A stretch of 63,308 nt of DNA, the filler included, from Choristocarpus tenellus KU-1152 (taxonomy: Eukaryota; Protista; Phaeophyceae), in the NCBI GenBank assembly GCA_964200185.2. It is 12 parts of 12 records of this genome, joined end to end, with 100 filler letters (N's around TTAATTAATTAA, not from the genome) between each part and the next. Parts side by side here need not be neighbours in the genome. Positions count along the whole stretch, not along the records: positions 25,670 to 29,217 come from CAXNAD020019331.1; positions 29,318 to 36,976 come from CAXNAD020005801.1; positions 37,077 to 39,851 come from CAXNAD020024861.1; positions 39,952 to 43,015 come from CAXNAD020022580.1; 8 more parts are not named here. One strand, written 5' to 3'. The position numbers were made by a program, and so were the translations under genes. This document shows, piece by piece, positions 26,299 to 39,952 of the stretch (positions within the stretch are counted from its first letter, which is position 1; each line of letters begins with the position of its first letter). The notes below the pieces were generated by a model. The model did no database searches. It saw nothing but the letters and a program-made list of their open reading frames with translations, and was not told the DNA's origin.

Positions 26299-27544
26299 TT
26301 TGCGAGGTTTGTATCTGAAAGGAACCTGTTCTTAGCAACACCCTGCTCTCCAAGGCGATTGTTGTCCAGTTCTTTGTCGAAAAGCATCTTCAGTCGTGTA
26401 CTCCCAATCCAGAGCCCTTGCAATATCCCCTGCGCCAGGCCTGGAAGTATCCAAATTCGTACTTGCTCGCACTCTTCTTCTGTCTGTCATATATACCTCG
26501 TTCAGACAGGTGAACCGTCCCTGTTACTAATATGACTATAGTCTGCAAAGAAGAAAGCCCTTACCTTACCATTTCGGCTACCTGTAATATCTAAGGTGAG
26601 GAAATGAGTAAATGCTTGAACTTTCATTAAAATCCTTCCAAGTACAACAAGAGGGAACCAGGAACATGAAAGATCGTTGGCAAACATGGTAAAAATATCC
26701 AAGAGAAAAAAGGTCAATGGCATGCTGGCATGACACATTGCGTGTACTGTACATTAATTATATACTTCCAAGAATCAATAATATCCTGAAGAGTATACTC
26801 TGAGGGAGGTGGAGTTAGCTGACGTTACATCCTAACGTTTGTACTTAATGCAATTTCAGTCCAACAACTCCCCAACTCTACAGGTCAGGCTACAGGGGAT
26901 TGGTAGGCTTAGGGATGAAAAGTAACTGTGCCGTATGTCCGTCAATAAAAGGTGTGGTGTTCATGGAGTTCCGTTCCTTTTGAGATGTGGAGATGAGATA
27001 CGAAATTGTGATAAATCGTAAGGGAAAGTACTATATGCAAACTCAATGTTTATCTTGTATCCAATGTCCATAAAGGCAGACAAGAACACATTATGTATGA
27101 TGAGATGATTCTATACAATGAAAAGGAAACTATTCCTTCCAACTTCCTACTTGAAATCCGATTTACTAGGTTTATGGATTTTGATATTGTGATGTTTCTG
27201 TGACACGTCACTTGATACAAGTTACGATGATGTGCACACTCATTCTGTACGTGTATTGGCCTACCTTAAGGACCCTATCTCACTGAAATGGGCCTTAAAA
27301 AGTGCCAAAGGACTCTTCTTTTATGAGGCAAGGGATGGGATTGGTTTCATCAATCACAACCACCCGTTTCAGTAAAAAAAACAATGTAAGGTTACGCTAT
27401 TTCTCCTCATGATTTCTCGAAATTCCTATACCTCTTCTCTCTACCTTTGAAAAAAGGTCTCTTTACGATGACGTGGCCTAAAAATACCACAAGTGTGCTA
27501 GCGGACCTATACGGAGGGAGCAAGCACCATCCAACAGGTGCCCG

Positions 27545-28150
27545 GTGGTCAGGTACAGGAGGCATAATGTCGACACCAGAGATGTTCACACCTGGCCTAG
27601 GGCAGGAGGGCAAGTACACCAGCACACGCTGGCGGTGAAACGTCTAGACCAACTCTGCAGGGTAATGGCTATCTCTTGCACTCTGGAGGACGGTAGCCCA
27701 TTGACAGTGAACCAGAACTTCAGCATGGATGTGGTCTTCCATGCTCGGGCACATGCGCACACTGACTCAGCTCCCTACTGGGAGAAAGGCCTCCTTTTGG
27801 ATGTCGGCTTTGTAGAAGTCCAAGCAGCTTCCTATCTACCCCACTCATTCACCAGCAGTGGTTGGGCTCCTGCTGCAGCAAAGGAATGAAATCGTACCCC
27901 TTACGGCGGTTCTTTTGACCATCGTACTTTTAATCTCAACACCTTCTCAGTGGAGAGTTCTTGACATCTTGGAAAGCAAGGAGGAAGTTTATTAGATGAG
28001 GTAGCCGCACATATAGTAGGGGGGGGAAGGGGCAGGAGGATATTTTAGGAAAGGGGCTGTCAATCCCCAATTGAGACAAATAGAGCCTGTAATTCCAGAA
28101 GTGTCTCTATTGAGACATGTCATATGTTTCAAGCTAGAGACACTAGGCAG
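27545..28150 (+). pseudogene. Degenerate 3' end of a CRE-like non-LTR retrotransposon (restriction-like endonuclease region)
   Basis: PRAGGQVHQH...SMDVVF...LLLDV...QAASYL...AAAKE*...FSVESS*HLG resembles the CCHC plus R(x)D...DV...AE..K...VE..G.LG pattern of REL domains. Internal stops are present. Confidence 0.6.
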
Positions 28151-29462
28151 ATGGGCTAGAAAGGGACTGTCGTTTTCTTGGGATGATTCCCCAACTCCTC
28201 GCTCACCTTTGTAGCTAGGTTAGAGGCATAGCAGCAGTGTATATATTAGATTGAAGTTGCCCAATGTTTAAGGGAGCATTATTGTGTGGTTAGTTTTCAA
28301 ATTATATATTTTTTTAGAGAGGTATCTCTACCATTATCCACAAATGTTATTTTTACACCACTCCATTCTGATTTTGGTTTGTTTGGTGTTTCTTCGATGT
28401 ATCTATCTCCAAACTTTCAGAAGGTATAATATATTGAAGTAGATTGCAGATTGCGATGGTTCTGCAACGTAGGTACTCTGGAATTTTTCTTTAACACGTT
28501 TCCACTAATTATTATTCTACTGTCCTTTCGTCTCTTGACTCAAGTCTTCAAACAAATATTATCATGTGGATTCTCATTTTATGCGAGTATTGAACCTTCT
28601 CAGTGTTGCTATCTCTCTGAAATAGAGATAGAAAGTAAAAAGATTTTTTTACAAGGTAAGGGATAATATTGACTTGATCCTTCACAGACATTAGTTTCAA
28701 CCCATAAATTATAAATATTGAAAAGTATTATTATTTTTCCTCTCCCGTTTTCTCCAAATTCCTAATCTGATTGAGAAATATGAAACATATATATTTTTTA
28801 AGGGTGCATTATTTGGACGGGCAATTAGCTTTGATAGTGAAGATGTGGGAAAAAAGGTTATGGACTCAGTCATGTTGAAAATTACTCGTTCCTAGCCAGC
28901 CAACATCCACCATGTTAGAATATTTTTAGCATGGACAGGTAGATAATTTGTGTTTTGACGGTCAGGTCCAGGACGTCATGACACCAGTCCCCAGTCACCA
29001 CTCCACTTCCATTTTATATCTTGCATCCCACACCACTATTAGACGGACAAGTTATTAGGACCTGATCTCAATCCAATCCAATTCCGTGTGGAAACATAAG
29101 TGTATTGCGCGCACATTTCTTTGTCATTGGTAATGTTTCTGTATATATATGTACAGTACCTACCCCGATTTTGTTCACCCCTGTGTATGCCCTAAAAAGC
29201 GGCACACAATCTATATGNNNNNNNNNNNNNNNNNNNNNNNNNNNNNNNNNNNNNNNNNNNNTTAATTAATTAANNNNNNNNNNNNNNNNNNNNNNNNNNN
29301 NNNNNNNNNNNNNNNNNAAAACAACTGCACACGGCAAGTGAGGTGAAAGGACAAAATCGAACTAGTGTGTCTCTCACACAACAAAAAAAAAAAGTCAAGG
29401 GCAGGGACGTCTGGTCAGGGTGCATGGGGGGCAGACAAGAAGGGGGGAGTAGTCTCAAGTTA

Positions 29463-29974
29463 TCAGGAGGTGGGGTTATAGTAAGTAGCAGCATCCTCGC
29501 TGAACTTGAGCTTGGTACAAGCTTTGGTGTAGCTGTTGATGTCCATCAGCTCCCTGACACGCTTGAACTTAGGCCGGTCCTTGCGAATGGCAAAGACAAA
29601 GCATTCAGTGTCCAAGCGCCCCCTCACCTCCGAAACCTTGGAAGTGTTTGGGGCATGGCGACGAGGAGGGGGATTTTGAGAAAAAAAGAAATTGTAGCGA
29701 GAGGATTGAGAAGATTGGGATTGGAGGAGGGTGAGGGGAGAGGAGAGGAGAGGAGAGAAGAAGAAGGCGCCCGTCGGTTCTTCAGGATGGAAGATCCAAG
29801 AAGGCAAGAAAAGGCTATTTTCTTTGGGGGTGTGTGTATGGAGTGTAGGAAGACAACACTTTTTAACACCGAAAAAAAAAAAAAAAAAAAAAAAAAAACC
29901 AAAAAAAAAAACCAAAAAANNNNNNNNNNAAGAAAAAAAAAGGATATTATAGTTGGGGATGGAGGGAAGAGAAG

Positions 29975-30029
<55 letters not shown>

Positions 30030-33000
30030 CCATAAACAAGACCTGGGAACTCACGTCCCCCAGAGTGTTCAACAAACGCTATCCCTTTCACATATACATA
30101 CACATACACATATACATGTACTTCAAAATATCGCATACCGCTGAAAGCATACAGCATACACCGTATATATATCATCACGAACAATCAGGAAGAGGGGGTG
30201 GTTTCCTTAAACGACATGGCATTTTTCCCAAATACCTGCAGCCAACCGGAGAGCTACTTTGGTGTTTTCACATGTGAATTTTCTCCTTGCTGCCACTCTG
30301 TCTGGGCACTGAACCAACAAAGCAGTCCACTGAGAGGTGGTGCCGGAAGGCTCACAAGGAAAACTGGACAGTGGAGTGCATGCTATGGAACAGAAGCAGT
30401 AACAGGGGAAGCTACATGAAATAACCTTCCTCAATGATACGGGCCTTTTTCCTAATCCAGTGGTGAGAACGCCGGCCCAACTATCTTCAGTGCAATGATG
30501 CACTCTGAGCACAGAGGTTAAGACTCTTGGCAACACCAGGACCAATTCATTGAGGTGCCAACCACATAGCTGGAAACCAAGTCAACACACCTGAAAATCG
30601 CAACATGCTGCCAACACATAGAATAACGAGAACTCACCTGTGACCAAGGACTACTTCCCAATCTACAGTCAATATCAATGATCAATACATTGCAGGACTG
30701 TGCCAGCTCATCCAACACCAATCTTCTTCTCTACTTCCATAGGAACATCAGGTTCAAACCTACTTCCACACAATCCCCCCCCCAAAAAAAAATTTAAAAA
30801 ATGCCACCTCCTATGGGCAAATATCAACTCTTCAAAGGATGGCATACTACATCATAACGGACTTGGATATTTTCAGCAACTTCACTCTATTCTCACACTC
30901 TTGTTCCCCAAACCCTAAGCACCAAATTACTCATTGAATAGCACTACTGTCTGTCCCAGGCTCCGAATCCTTTCAGATGATGGGCTATTGTACACTCCAC
31001 CATAAACACAACACGTGTCCATGAATGCGACTTCAGATCCCTGTTCTGTTCTTCCTTCTCCACGACCCAGAACACACAGAGACATACCCGGACAAGCCCA
31101 TTGCAAACCGCTAAAAAAAAACTGGATACTCCCCTCCGCCCTTACAAGGTTCTCCTCTTAGAATGGTCTCACCTTCACCGCCTGGTCTGTAAGGCTGTGC
31201 ACATACTCCGACACAATCTGTACAATAAAAAAAAAAGTACAGACAGACAGACAGACAGACAGACAGACGAGATTACTCCCGAGCAAGCTGACGGTTTCAA
31301 CTCAAGCGATTAGTTGTATACTCAGATGGTGCTTGTCAGTGGTAAGGGGTCAAGTTCGCTTCGACATGACTTGACTGTTTCGGAACAAATCAAACAAGGG
31401 TCACGTCAATCACACAGATTTCCCTCTGCGTATAAAGAAAGTCTGTGCACCACCTGGAGGTGTACGTATGCGATGCAAACCGGTTAGAGGGGCTGTTTCA
31501 CATCGGGGCTTGAGAAAAGCACACCTTACACGAACAAAGCGTTAGGATTAGGTTCGAGGTCTCACACCTCTTGGAGTGGATACAAAAATAGCCTGAAATG
31601 GGGCATGGAGCCCTGTTCGTGGCCGCTCAAGCCTGAACCACGAAGGCCCTACACACCTCAGTCTTGCTGCATGCAGCCACAGCATTGTGCTATCTCCCCC
31701 TAACAACATACCACAATCCCAACACTGCACAGTGCATAACGCGGAATGGATCAAAGCGTATCCGGTAAACGAGAGGAGGCTTGCGCAGGACTGCTGCAAA
31801 ACACGCTTGTTAAGAGGAGTGAATCCACAGGGGCGATGAGTCCTTCATCATGTCAACAAGATTAGCTCCGTTTTTGAGACAGCAACGCCACAGCAAGGAC
31901 ACACACGTTTCAGCAAATGATTTTCTGGACCTAGACGAGGATCAGAAGTCTGTAGACATGGATGGATGGTTGTGCGGGTAGAAAATACTATCGTTTGACA
32001 GTTTCACATGACAGTTCCATCAAACATGGAATAGCTCCACCTCAGGAGGGTCACTCCCATGCCAATCTGGTGAACCAATCTGGATAGCATTGCAGTTCTA
32101 CGTGGTAGTCCACAGAGCATCTCAATACATTTCGTGGGCAGAGCAGTCTTGATAGAGGAGAAAGTCCGCCCAGGAACACCAACAGGTATCTGTTGCTGCT
32201 GCATAACTCTCCACATATACGGTGGGTTGCTGTTGCAATAGTATTTGGCCAGCCCCCAACCTCCCACAGTCCATCACAATTTCGGGGGAACGTTAGGGCA
32301 ACAGCGAAAAAAGCAGCAGGATGCTGCAAACGCCTTCAATTGTAAGCGTAAGCTCGGGCCAGAAGGACGCAGCGTGGCGGAACAAATCTCGACAAATCTC
32401 GAGAAGGTCTGATTGGGACTGGAGGTGGCCTTGTCCCAACACTCTCTGTTGATGCGCCATGTTTTCTGTTTTGACTCAGTGGAGGGAGGCTAAATAAGAA
32501 GAGTGTATGAAGGGTTGTTGGCACCATGCCCGACAAGGTCACTGAGATCTATTTATACCGTGGGCCACTAAGCGTAACACAAAGAACCAACTGCATAGAA
32601 CTTGGGACAGATGGTTCCTACCTAGTTCGTTCATCCTTGCGTCCTGTCATCCACAACGAAATCCATATGGTTGGCTCTCCACATCCTGGCTCTTTTGACT
32701 TTCACTATCATCAACAAGACTCAGAAGGAACTTACAAAAAGCAGGACGTATTGTCTCAAGCACGACAGAAGAAGGTCGACCACACCCCATCCTATCGTAA
32801 TCCTGCTCACATTCCATTCCATTCCGTTCCAACCACACACTGCGCAAGTTGATTCACAAACAAACTCAAGTGCTTGATTTTTTAAGTCGTAAGGTCAAAG
32901 AGATGAAAGTCAGGACTGACTGCACAAAGATCCAGCTCATTCGCTTATTCACATATATTTTTTTTATTCATTTTTGAGCGTACTGCATCAAAAACGCCTT

Positions 33001-34178
33001 GGAAGCAATAAGGAGACTTACGAAAGCTGACCCACAAAGATACTTGTAAGGCCGACCATCACAGTGCAGAAGCGGTATGTTCTTGCTTCAAAGTACCACA
33101 TCAATAATGCGTCACATATGCCTATTTGGGCATTTGCGCATCTAGTACAATAGTAGCACACATTCCAGCGCGCTGCACCAGAAAAAGGAGTTGCAACATA
33201 ATGAACACAGGCCATACATTGGGGATGTTAATGTAACATACCTCCACACAAGAAGGGTCATTAAATGAAGTACCAAGGACAGAAAGTAACAGACCCCTAG
33301 TAAAACGACTATCTCCATTTACTACTTCTAGGCGAAAGGGCTAGGGTTACGATCATGGACTAAATGGACAGGAGTACAGCAACACCTGGGGAGTTATAGG
33401 GACGGGTCATACGCACAGACAAAGAACTGTAGAGAGTGTGCAATGTAACGTTGCAAGTTTTTTGTCTTTCATATCTGGCTTAATTCATATATCAGCAAGT
33501 TGCTGGAAGAAAGCACACGTCCTATCCCCAACTCTCCATAACTTCAGCTGGAGCACTCCCAATTCTCAAGTATCTAACAAACAGTAGAGACTATGCACTG
33601 TACACTGACCTGCTCTAGAGCCACTACTGACTCCTCCAGTGTCTCGAAGGCGTCCCCAAAACCGTACATCATTCTGTCAGGTATGGGTGGGACAACGAGG
33701 TGTGGGAAGGTACAATCGTCTACCTGTCTCTTGAATGTCATCCCATGTGGCAAAGATAAAATGGACAATGTGGCACACATTTATCAAAGATATATGTGTT
33801 GCTGTGCTAATTTGATGAAATGTGATGCGCCATAACATATGTGACGCACACAAGTGGGTGACGAAGCATAGGATGTATATTTGTTGCACAGATCTCGAGG
33901 TATTGAGATATTGGTAGGTAGGCATTTTTGTGGGAGGCCACTCACTGAGGCAAGTCATCCCGTAATGTCTTCCGCTTCCTCCCATGACCGCCATGCATGG
34001 AGTGCTCCCTCCCCTGGAAAGAGTAGCGGGGAGCAGTTGAGTTGAAGTACATTAGGGTCAGCAAAACTTCCTGGTCCATGAGGCTCAGTCAGCTGTAGCA
34101 TCACCAGCTGACCCTACTGCAGACCTTGACTTTCTTGTCAATCAACAATTACTTTATAACTACCTTGTGGTCAAACAT
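29463..34178 (-). CDS. TAF13: TFIID subunit 13 (histone-fold), ~121 aa, 5 exons
   Basis: Exons 34178-34164, 34013-33946, 33673-33610, 31217-31173 and 29636-29463 total 366 nt in frame: GRKRKTLRDDLPQMMYGFGD...ESVVALEQIVSEYVHSLTDQA...GRLDTECFVFAIRKDRPKFKRVRELM. The first micro-exon is less certain. Confidence 0.9.
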
Positions 34179-34615
34179 CACAACCGCCGTTATCCTTCCT
34201 CTTCGCTCCCCTCCCTGTCGTCTTGACCATCATGGAGACATTACCGAGGGACTAGTAGGGATAGTTCAATCTCCAGGTCATGAACAAGAAAACTGCTTAT
34301 GTGACCATATTTCTGGATGGATACGCGACCCTGATCCATGAGGGCTTAGTAGAACGATTGGTTGTTGTGTAAGTCGGTTGCAGTGTAGCCAGTCCCCCCA
34401 AAGAGGTCATTCTACAAAACAGTTGAGGATCTTACCAGCGGTACGGTAGGGGGTAGAGTCGACTTTGTCGTCTCTTCCATCCCGTCCAGTTTGTAGACAA
34501 CGTTTCACTTGTGGTGTGGAGGGGCAAGCACTGTGTGCCCGACCTCTCACATCCGAAGGCCTAGTGACGAAGGTTGATCTGAATTCCTTGTACCTAGGGG
34601 TAGTTGTTGTACATT

Positions 34616-34745
34616 TGGTGCCACAGAGCACAGGTTGGGGAAGATGGTGCCACAGAGCACAGGTTTGGGGAAGATGGTGCCACAGAACACAGGTTTGTAG
34701 AAGGTGGTGCCACAGAGCACAAGTTTGGGCAAGATGGTATCACAA
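34616..34745. repeat. ~30-bp tandem repeat x4
   Basis: Unit GGTGCCACAGAGCACAGGTTTGGGGAAGAT. A separate TTTTGAATCAAG x~3 array lies at 34851-34882. Confidence 0.9.
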
Positions 34746-37719
34746 AGGGATAAAGTACAGTAGATCAGTTTTATATATTAGAATAAGAGATGGTACTAGT
34801 GTAGTAGTAGTAGTAGTAACAGATAGAAGAGATGTTGGTTTGGTCCTGAATTTTGAATCAAGTTTTGAATCAAGTTTTGAATAATCATGGTTAGAGTGCC
34901 TAAGAACAGTGGGTGGGGGTGCTTCTTATTCTCCATTCTATCCATATCTATGGCATCGTCGCTCCTTACGCAGTCGTCTGCGCGGGCTGCACCTGAGGGA
35001 ATGGTTGGAGGATCATTGCCAAGACCTCTCGAATGCAAACACTCGTTTCGGGCAGAGGTGAGCAACATTACACAATTCCCAACTCTTCGGTGAGAAAGAT
35101 TCTTCAATGTGTCACCAAGTTCACTGACTTCGACACCATAACACATAAAGTACATCTGGTCTTTGGTCAGAGCTGATGCAGGACAAAAAATACTCCGGTT
35201 CCATTGGACACGTGGGCAGACGAAGATTGCAAGTTTTTGATTGAGAATCGATGTATATTGACGCCTTCACCTGCAGCTAACGTTTAGCCCACGTATGGAT
35301 GACCCCGAGATGGCTGAAGTCTGGTTGGCGCTATGCTGTTGCCTGCTTTGACAGTGGGATATCTTGACCGTGGTTGTTGGTCGGAGCCGTAGTATCACTA
35401 CCATTCCGTGACCTCTCACCAACCCCTGGCGATATCTCATTCCCCCTTCATCGGAATTTCTCGCCTTGCTCCCTCCTCTCCTTCAATTCCTCCTTCACCC
35501 CTACGAGCTAGCGGCATTCACCCGTGCCTGACTCGCTGAAGTTGAAGCAAGTGGTGGTCATTTGCCGCCACGGTGACAGGTGAGCTGGTAATCCTAATTT
35601 TGCTCCATGTCATGTTTGGAGGGGCAGCTTTTCCTCAGTGCTTGCAGCAATATAGTGTAGTGCAGTGTTCACATGAAGCGTGCAGCCTATCAAACTGCGG
35701 AGTGGTAGAATGTTCCAACCTTGGTGTTTTAGGTGTTCCGTTGGCGTTTTGTGAATGTGCCCTTGAGTATGTCCTGACTGGTGCCTTCAGAGGAGTTAAT
35801 GCGTATGGAAGGAGATCCCAGCTCAGTTGACCTTCAACAAGTAAAGAACCTATGGGATATGATATCAACGTTGCTTCCAAATCTAGCATAAATTCTCCAA
35901 AAAGATGTTGCCTACCAACACTGATGAGGCTGCCTCGGTCCTCTCCCTCCGAGGTGATGCACTTTGAGATAGTGCACCTTACTTCCCGTTTACAAAGATT
36001 GGCATATCACCTCTCTGACCCATGTTGTGCATTAAGTGTTACTGCAAAGGTTGACATATTGACGGGCTTCTAGAGGGAAGACATACTTACATAACATTAC
36101 CACATGATCTGAAAATCAGAAGTGGGATGTAGCCTCCGAAATACTATTCGCATGCACCCTCCATCCCACCTAACGATGAAGACAGGAACATGTACTGCAC
36201 CTACTGCCCTATCTCTGGAAACGAGTGAAACCCTTTGCAACAACCCTTCCTCTGTGCCAGCAACGCACGTACTGTGAACGTTGAGCATTAGACCCATCCA
36301 TGTACATCAACACATCTGTAGCGCGTCAGATCGCGCTACAGAGCCACTCTTAATGCACTGAGGAACTTGCTTGTCTGGTTCAATACACCCTAGCTAACTC
36401 TCCTCCCCTTGACCGTTGGTGATGGCTACAGGGCACCCGTGGCGTGTAAGCTGGGTAGACTCTTGAACGAGACCCCTGAAGAGATCAACTTTTGGACGTC
36501 CAAGCTCCCACCCCTAGAAGATGTGAGTACCTCGGTTCACAGGTACAGGATACCGCTGGTGGAGTGCACGCGTCACGGGCCTTCGGTAAGGTACAACGTA
36601 CAAACATCATTAGGTGCACCAAGCGGCCCAAGCACTCTATTCACGTTACTACCGTAGTGTCCTGAGCAGTAGATTGGCATGCTAGGCTCGTAGTGTCTCT
36701 CACTTCCGTGATGAAAGACTCACACTTAACGCGACGAAAGAGATGTCCACCGCCGCCGCCGCCGCCGATCCTTTGATGTTGGGCGCAACAGGTGTGTATC
36801 AATCATCATGTCATATCGACCAGGGAACACCCTCTCCAGCACTTCCCCTTCTGTCTCGAAGACTGCCCAAAGTGCCGCCAACTTCAACAACAATCTCTAG
36901 CTCCCCCCGACTCCACCTGATCCTTACTCCGTGCTGTGGTCTGTATCTCTCAGTCCACCCTCATCCTTGCCCCCCCNNNNNNNNNNNNNNNNNNNNNNNN
37001 NNNNNNNNNNNNNNNNNNNNTTAATTAATTAANNNNNNNNNNNNNNNNNNNNNNNNNNNNNNNNNNNNNNNNNNNNAAAGGTAATAGACCTCTCCACTCA
37101 AAAAGTTAAAACCGCTGTTAACAGGTACCCCCCCCCCGACCATCTACATTTCAAATCCTAGGAACTGAATAGCTAAGATTTTATATTAAACCGTAAGATC
37201 AAAGTGAATAATTTAAAATCACTTCTTTCTTTCTTTTTTTTTGTGCAAATTTGTACAATGCGTTCCGCTCGCAGAGGTCAGAGATTAATTCGCCTCTTTA
37301 TCATTTCCACTCCACACGCACACTTCGACGATTCACTCATTCAGAGACATCGAAATATGTAAAAAAAAATGAACTTGCACCCAACCAACCAGTCTTAATT
37401 AAGCATATGAGGTAGGTGCAGTGTCCTCTCACAAACAAACAAACAAAAAAATAAGATTTTTACCTATTTAAAACAGAAACGGATCGCACTCCAGGCAAGG
37501 TATGCAACAAATTACTTCACATATCCTATGGGTACCTGACATTAAAGAAAAATTAAGATCCAGATCTTGGGATCATACTTTTTTTTAATGAATTACAGCA
37601 GATCCAAGTATATATATATACTCAAACCAATTTTAGGCTTGACGTATGATAACTATTCAGAGATTTGGATCTCCGATACTGGTCCTGATTACTGCTCCGA
37701 GTATTCTTATTGATAACAT

Positions 37720-37912
37720 TTTCATTACTATTTATCATTAGTATTATCACTATCATTATCACTTATTATTATCATTATCGCTTATTATTATCACTATCAC
37801 TATTTATCATCCTTACCACTTATTACTACCCTTACCACTTATTAATGATAATCACTTATCACTGATTATTATTATCACTTATTACTATCATTATCACTAT
37901 TATTTTTCACAT
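37720..37912. repeat. AT-rich degenerate microsatellite (TTATCAC/TTA)n
   Basis: Repeating TATCACTTATTATT units. Confidence 0.85.
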
Positions 37913-39621
37913 TAGTCTCGAGGCATCCCAGACTCATGGCCAAAACACAAGTCAATACACACTGGTCAAGAACCAGAATGGGTACTACACAAAAAAGTAA
38001 GCAGAAAAACATAGAAATAGGAACTTATATAATAATAAAAACTCAGGGTAGTAACAAAGAGACCCTAGAGTAGGTGTAATGCACTATCCACAAAATTAAC
38101 CCTAACCCTAAGCTGATACTCTTACGGGAATAAGCTGACATCTGCGTATCTTTTTTTGCACCAATAGGATTCAATTCTTACCACCTCCAGAGTTCCGACC
38201 CAATACACACACTACTTTTTTTTTTAGTTAAAAAATTTAACAAAAATAAAATCATAAATATCTGATATTTCGCTCCACTGATAAATGTACTATCTATTGA
38301 AAAATGAGAGTGACATTTTCTTTAATAATATTAGTTTGAAATACTCTAGATTGTTCCAAAGTTACTAGGGTCTCCTACCTTATCCCAATTCGTTCTCTAC
38401 ATCCCATATGATAAAAATACAATAATAAAAATATACAGTAGTATAAACTAGTATGATGCAAGTATGTTAATAAAAATATACAGTAGTATAAACTAGTATG
38501 ATATAATGCGCTGATCAGAGAGAGCACATTGACTAGCTTACCTGTTGAGTTTCCTCAGCCAATATTGATGCAAAGTTACCCTGTAACTCCTTCTGCCAGG
38601 CATCATACTTGAGATTAACCTAGAAAAATTAGGGATCAGGGATAGAGATGAAATATGAATTAGTAGATATTGTACTCACTACAGGGCTAAGAAGGTGGTG
38701 CAATTAATGCAACAGAAGAAAGGTACAGCCAATACACAAACAGGAAACTTCGACACAAGTAGGGTATAAGTGACAAAAATAAGGTACACGTATTACACAT
38801 ACAGGCGGATTTGACACAGAAAGGTACAATGACATCATTAACACATGAAAGTACAGCCAATACAAGAATGGTGCAGATATTACAAAAAAAACATATTTGA
38901 CACGAAAAGGTACACACTGAAGAAGAGGTACAAGAAAAAAAGGTATACTTACATATCCAGCATCATCCAACCAAGCAATCCTGACACTTCTCAAGCTGAT
39001 TATTAAAAAAATCAATACTGCGTAGTAATTACTTTAAAGAAAAATCGATACAGTATACATACAACACTTTCAATGACCGTCCCATCTCACCGTAGTACAA
39101 AATAGAGCCGGTTCTACACCACCATATTATTATTATTCATTGCTGACGAAAAAAAAACATTGATACGTTTTGTACGAGTTCACTTACAATAGAGTGGGTT
39201 TTTATCCTTGATACCTACCTACACACCCAAATCAGAGGGGTCTCGTTTGGGGGGCCTCCACAATCACATCTCTACAAGTCAATTCTGCACATCACTACAA
39301 AAAATTAGGATTAGGGTTAGGGTTATGATTTATATCTTACTTTATATTAACTATATTTACCATTATATATATAGTATCTATACATGTACGCGAATACGAT
39401 GTGGAATGTCGAGATATTGTGTAGATATCATGTGGCCAACCATAACAAACCATTATATTGCATGCACTTCATTGAAGTATAAAGTCTAATATCCAAATTG
39501 ATCCAGTTTTTTGTTCACATTGTGTCCAGTTTTCTCAGCGACCATAACCATATGCACGCTGCGTGATTCTATTCAATTACTTCCATCTAATCATTTCAGA
39601 GTCAAATACAATATACTCATA

Positions 39622-39851
39622 GAGTGAAAGTATCTTAGAGGGTACGAGTTTTGCCCTGTTTGTCCATTTGGAGCTTGGCTTCCGATGGGTTTTATTGTGA
39701 CATTTTCCTACTCCAACATGTTTAGGAGTAGGTAAAATGAGTACATTAAGAAAAGGTGTGCCCAGAACAAGGATACTGACACTCCCTAACAAACACGATA
39801 GCCAAATTACATCAAAATCACAACATTGGATTTTGGCACCCAAATGGACGC
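39622..39851 (+). mobile_element. MITE family A copy, truncated by contig end
   Basis: Left TIR, internal hairpin and right subterminal CCAAATGGAC are present. Confidence 0.9.
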
Positions 39852-39952
39852 NNNNNNNNNNNNNNNNNNNNNNNNNNNNNNNNNNNNNNNNNNNNTTAAT
39901 TAATTAANNNNNNNNNNNNNNNNNNNNNNNNNNNNNNNNNNNNNNNNNNNNC

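Noticed and set aside
29343-30184. Long Lys-rich and Phe-rich ORFs
   Set aside because: Produced by poly-A/T runs and an N gap inside a TAF13 intron. Low-quality sequence.
33677-33780. ORF continuing upstream of the TAF13 MMYGFGD exon (FKRQVDDCTFP...)
   Set aside because: Splicing from 33946 gives RKRKTLRDDLPQMMYGFGD, which fits TAF13 better. The read-through is treated as intron.
34616-34745. CRISPR-like array
   Set aside because: Units are directly tandem with no unique spacers, the context is eukaryotic, and there are no cas genes.
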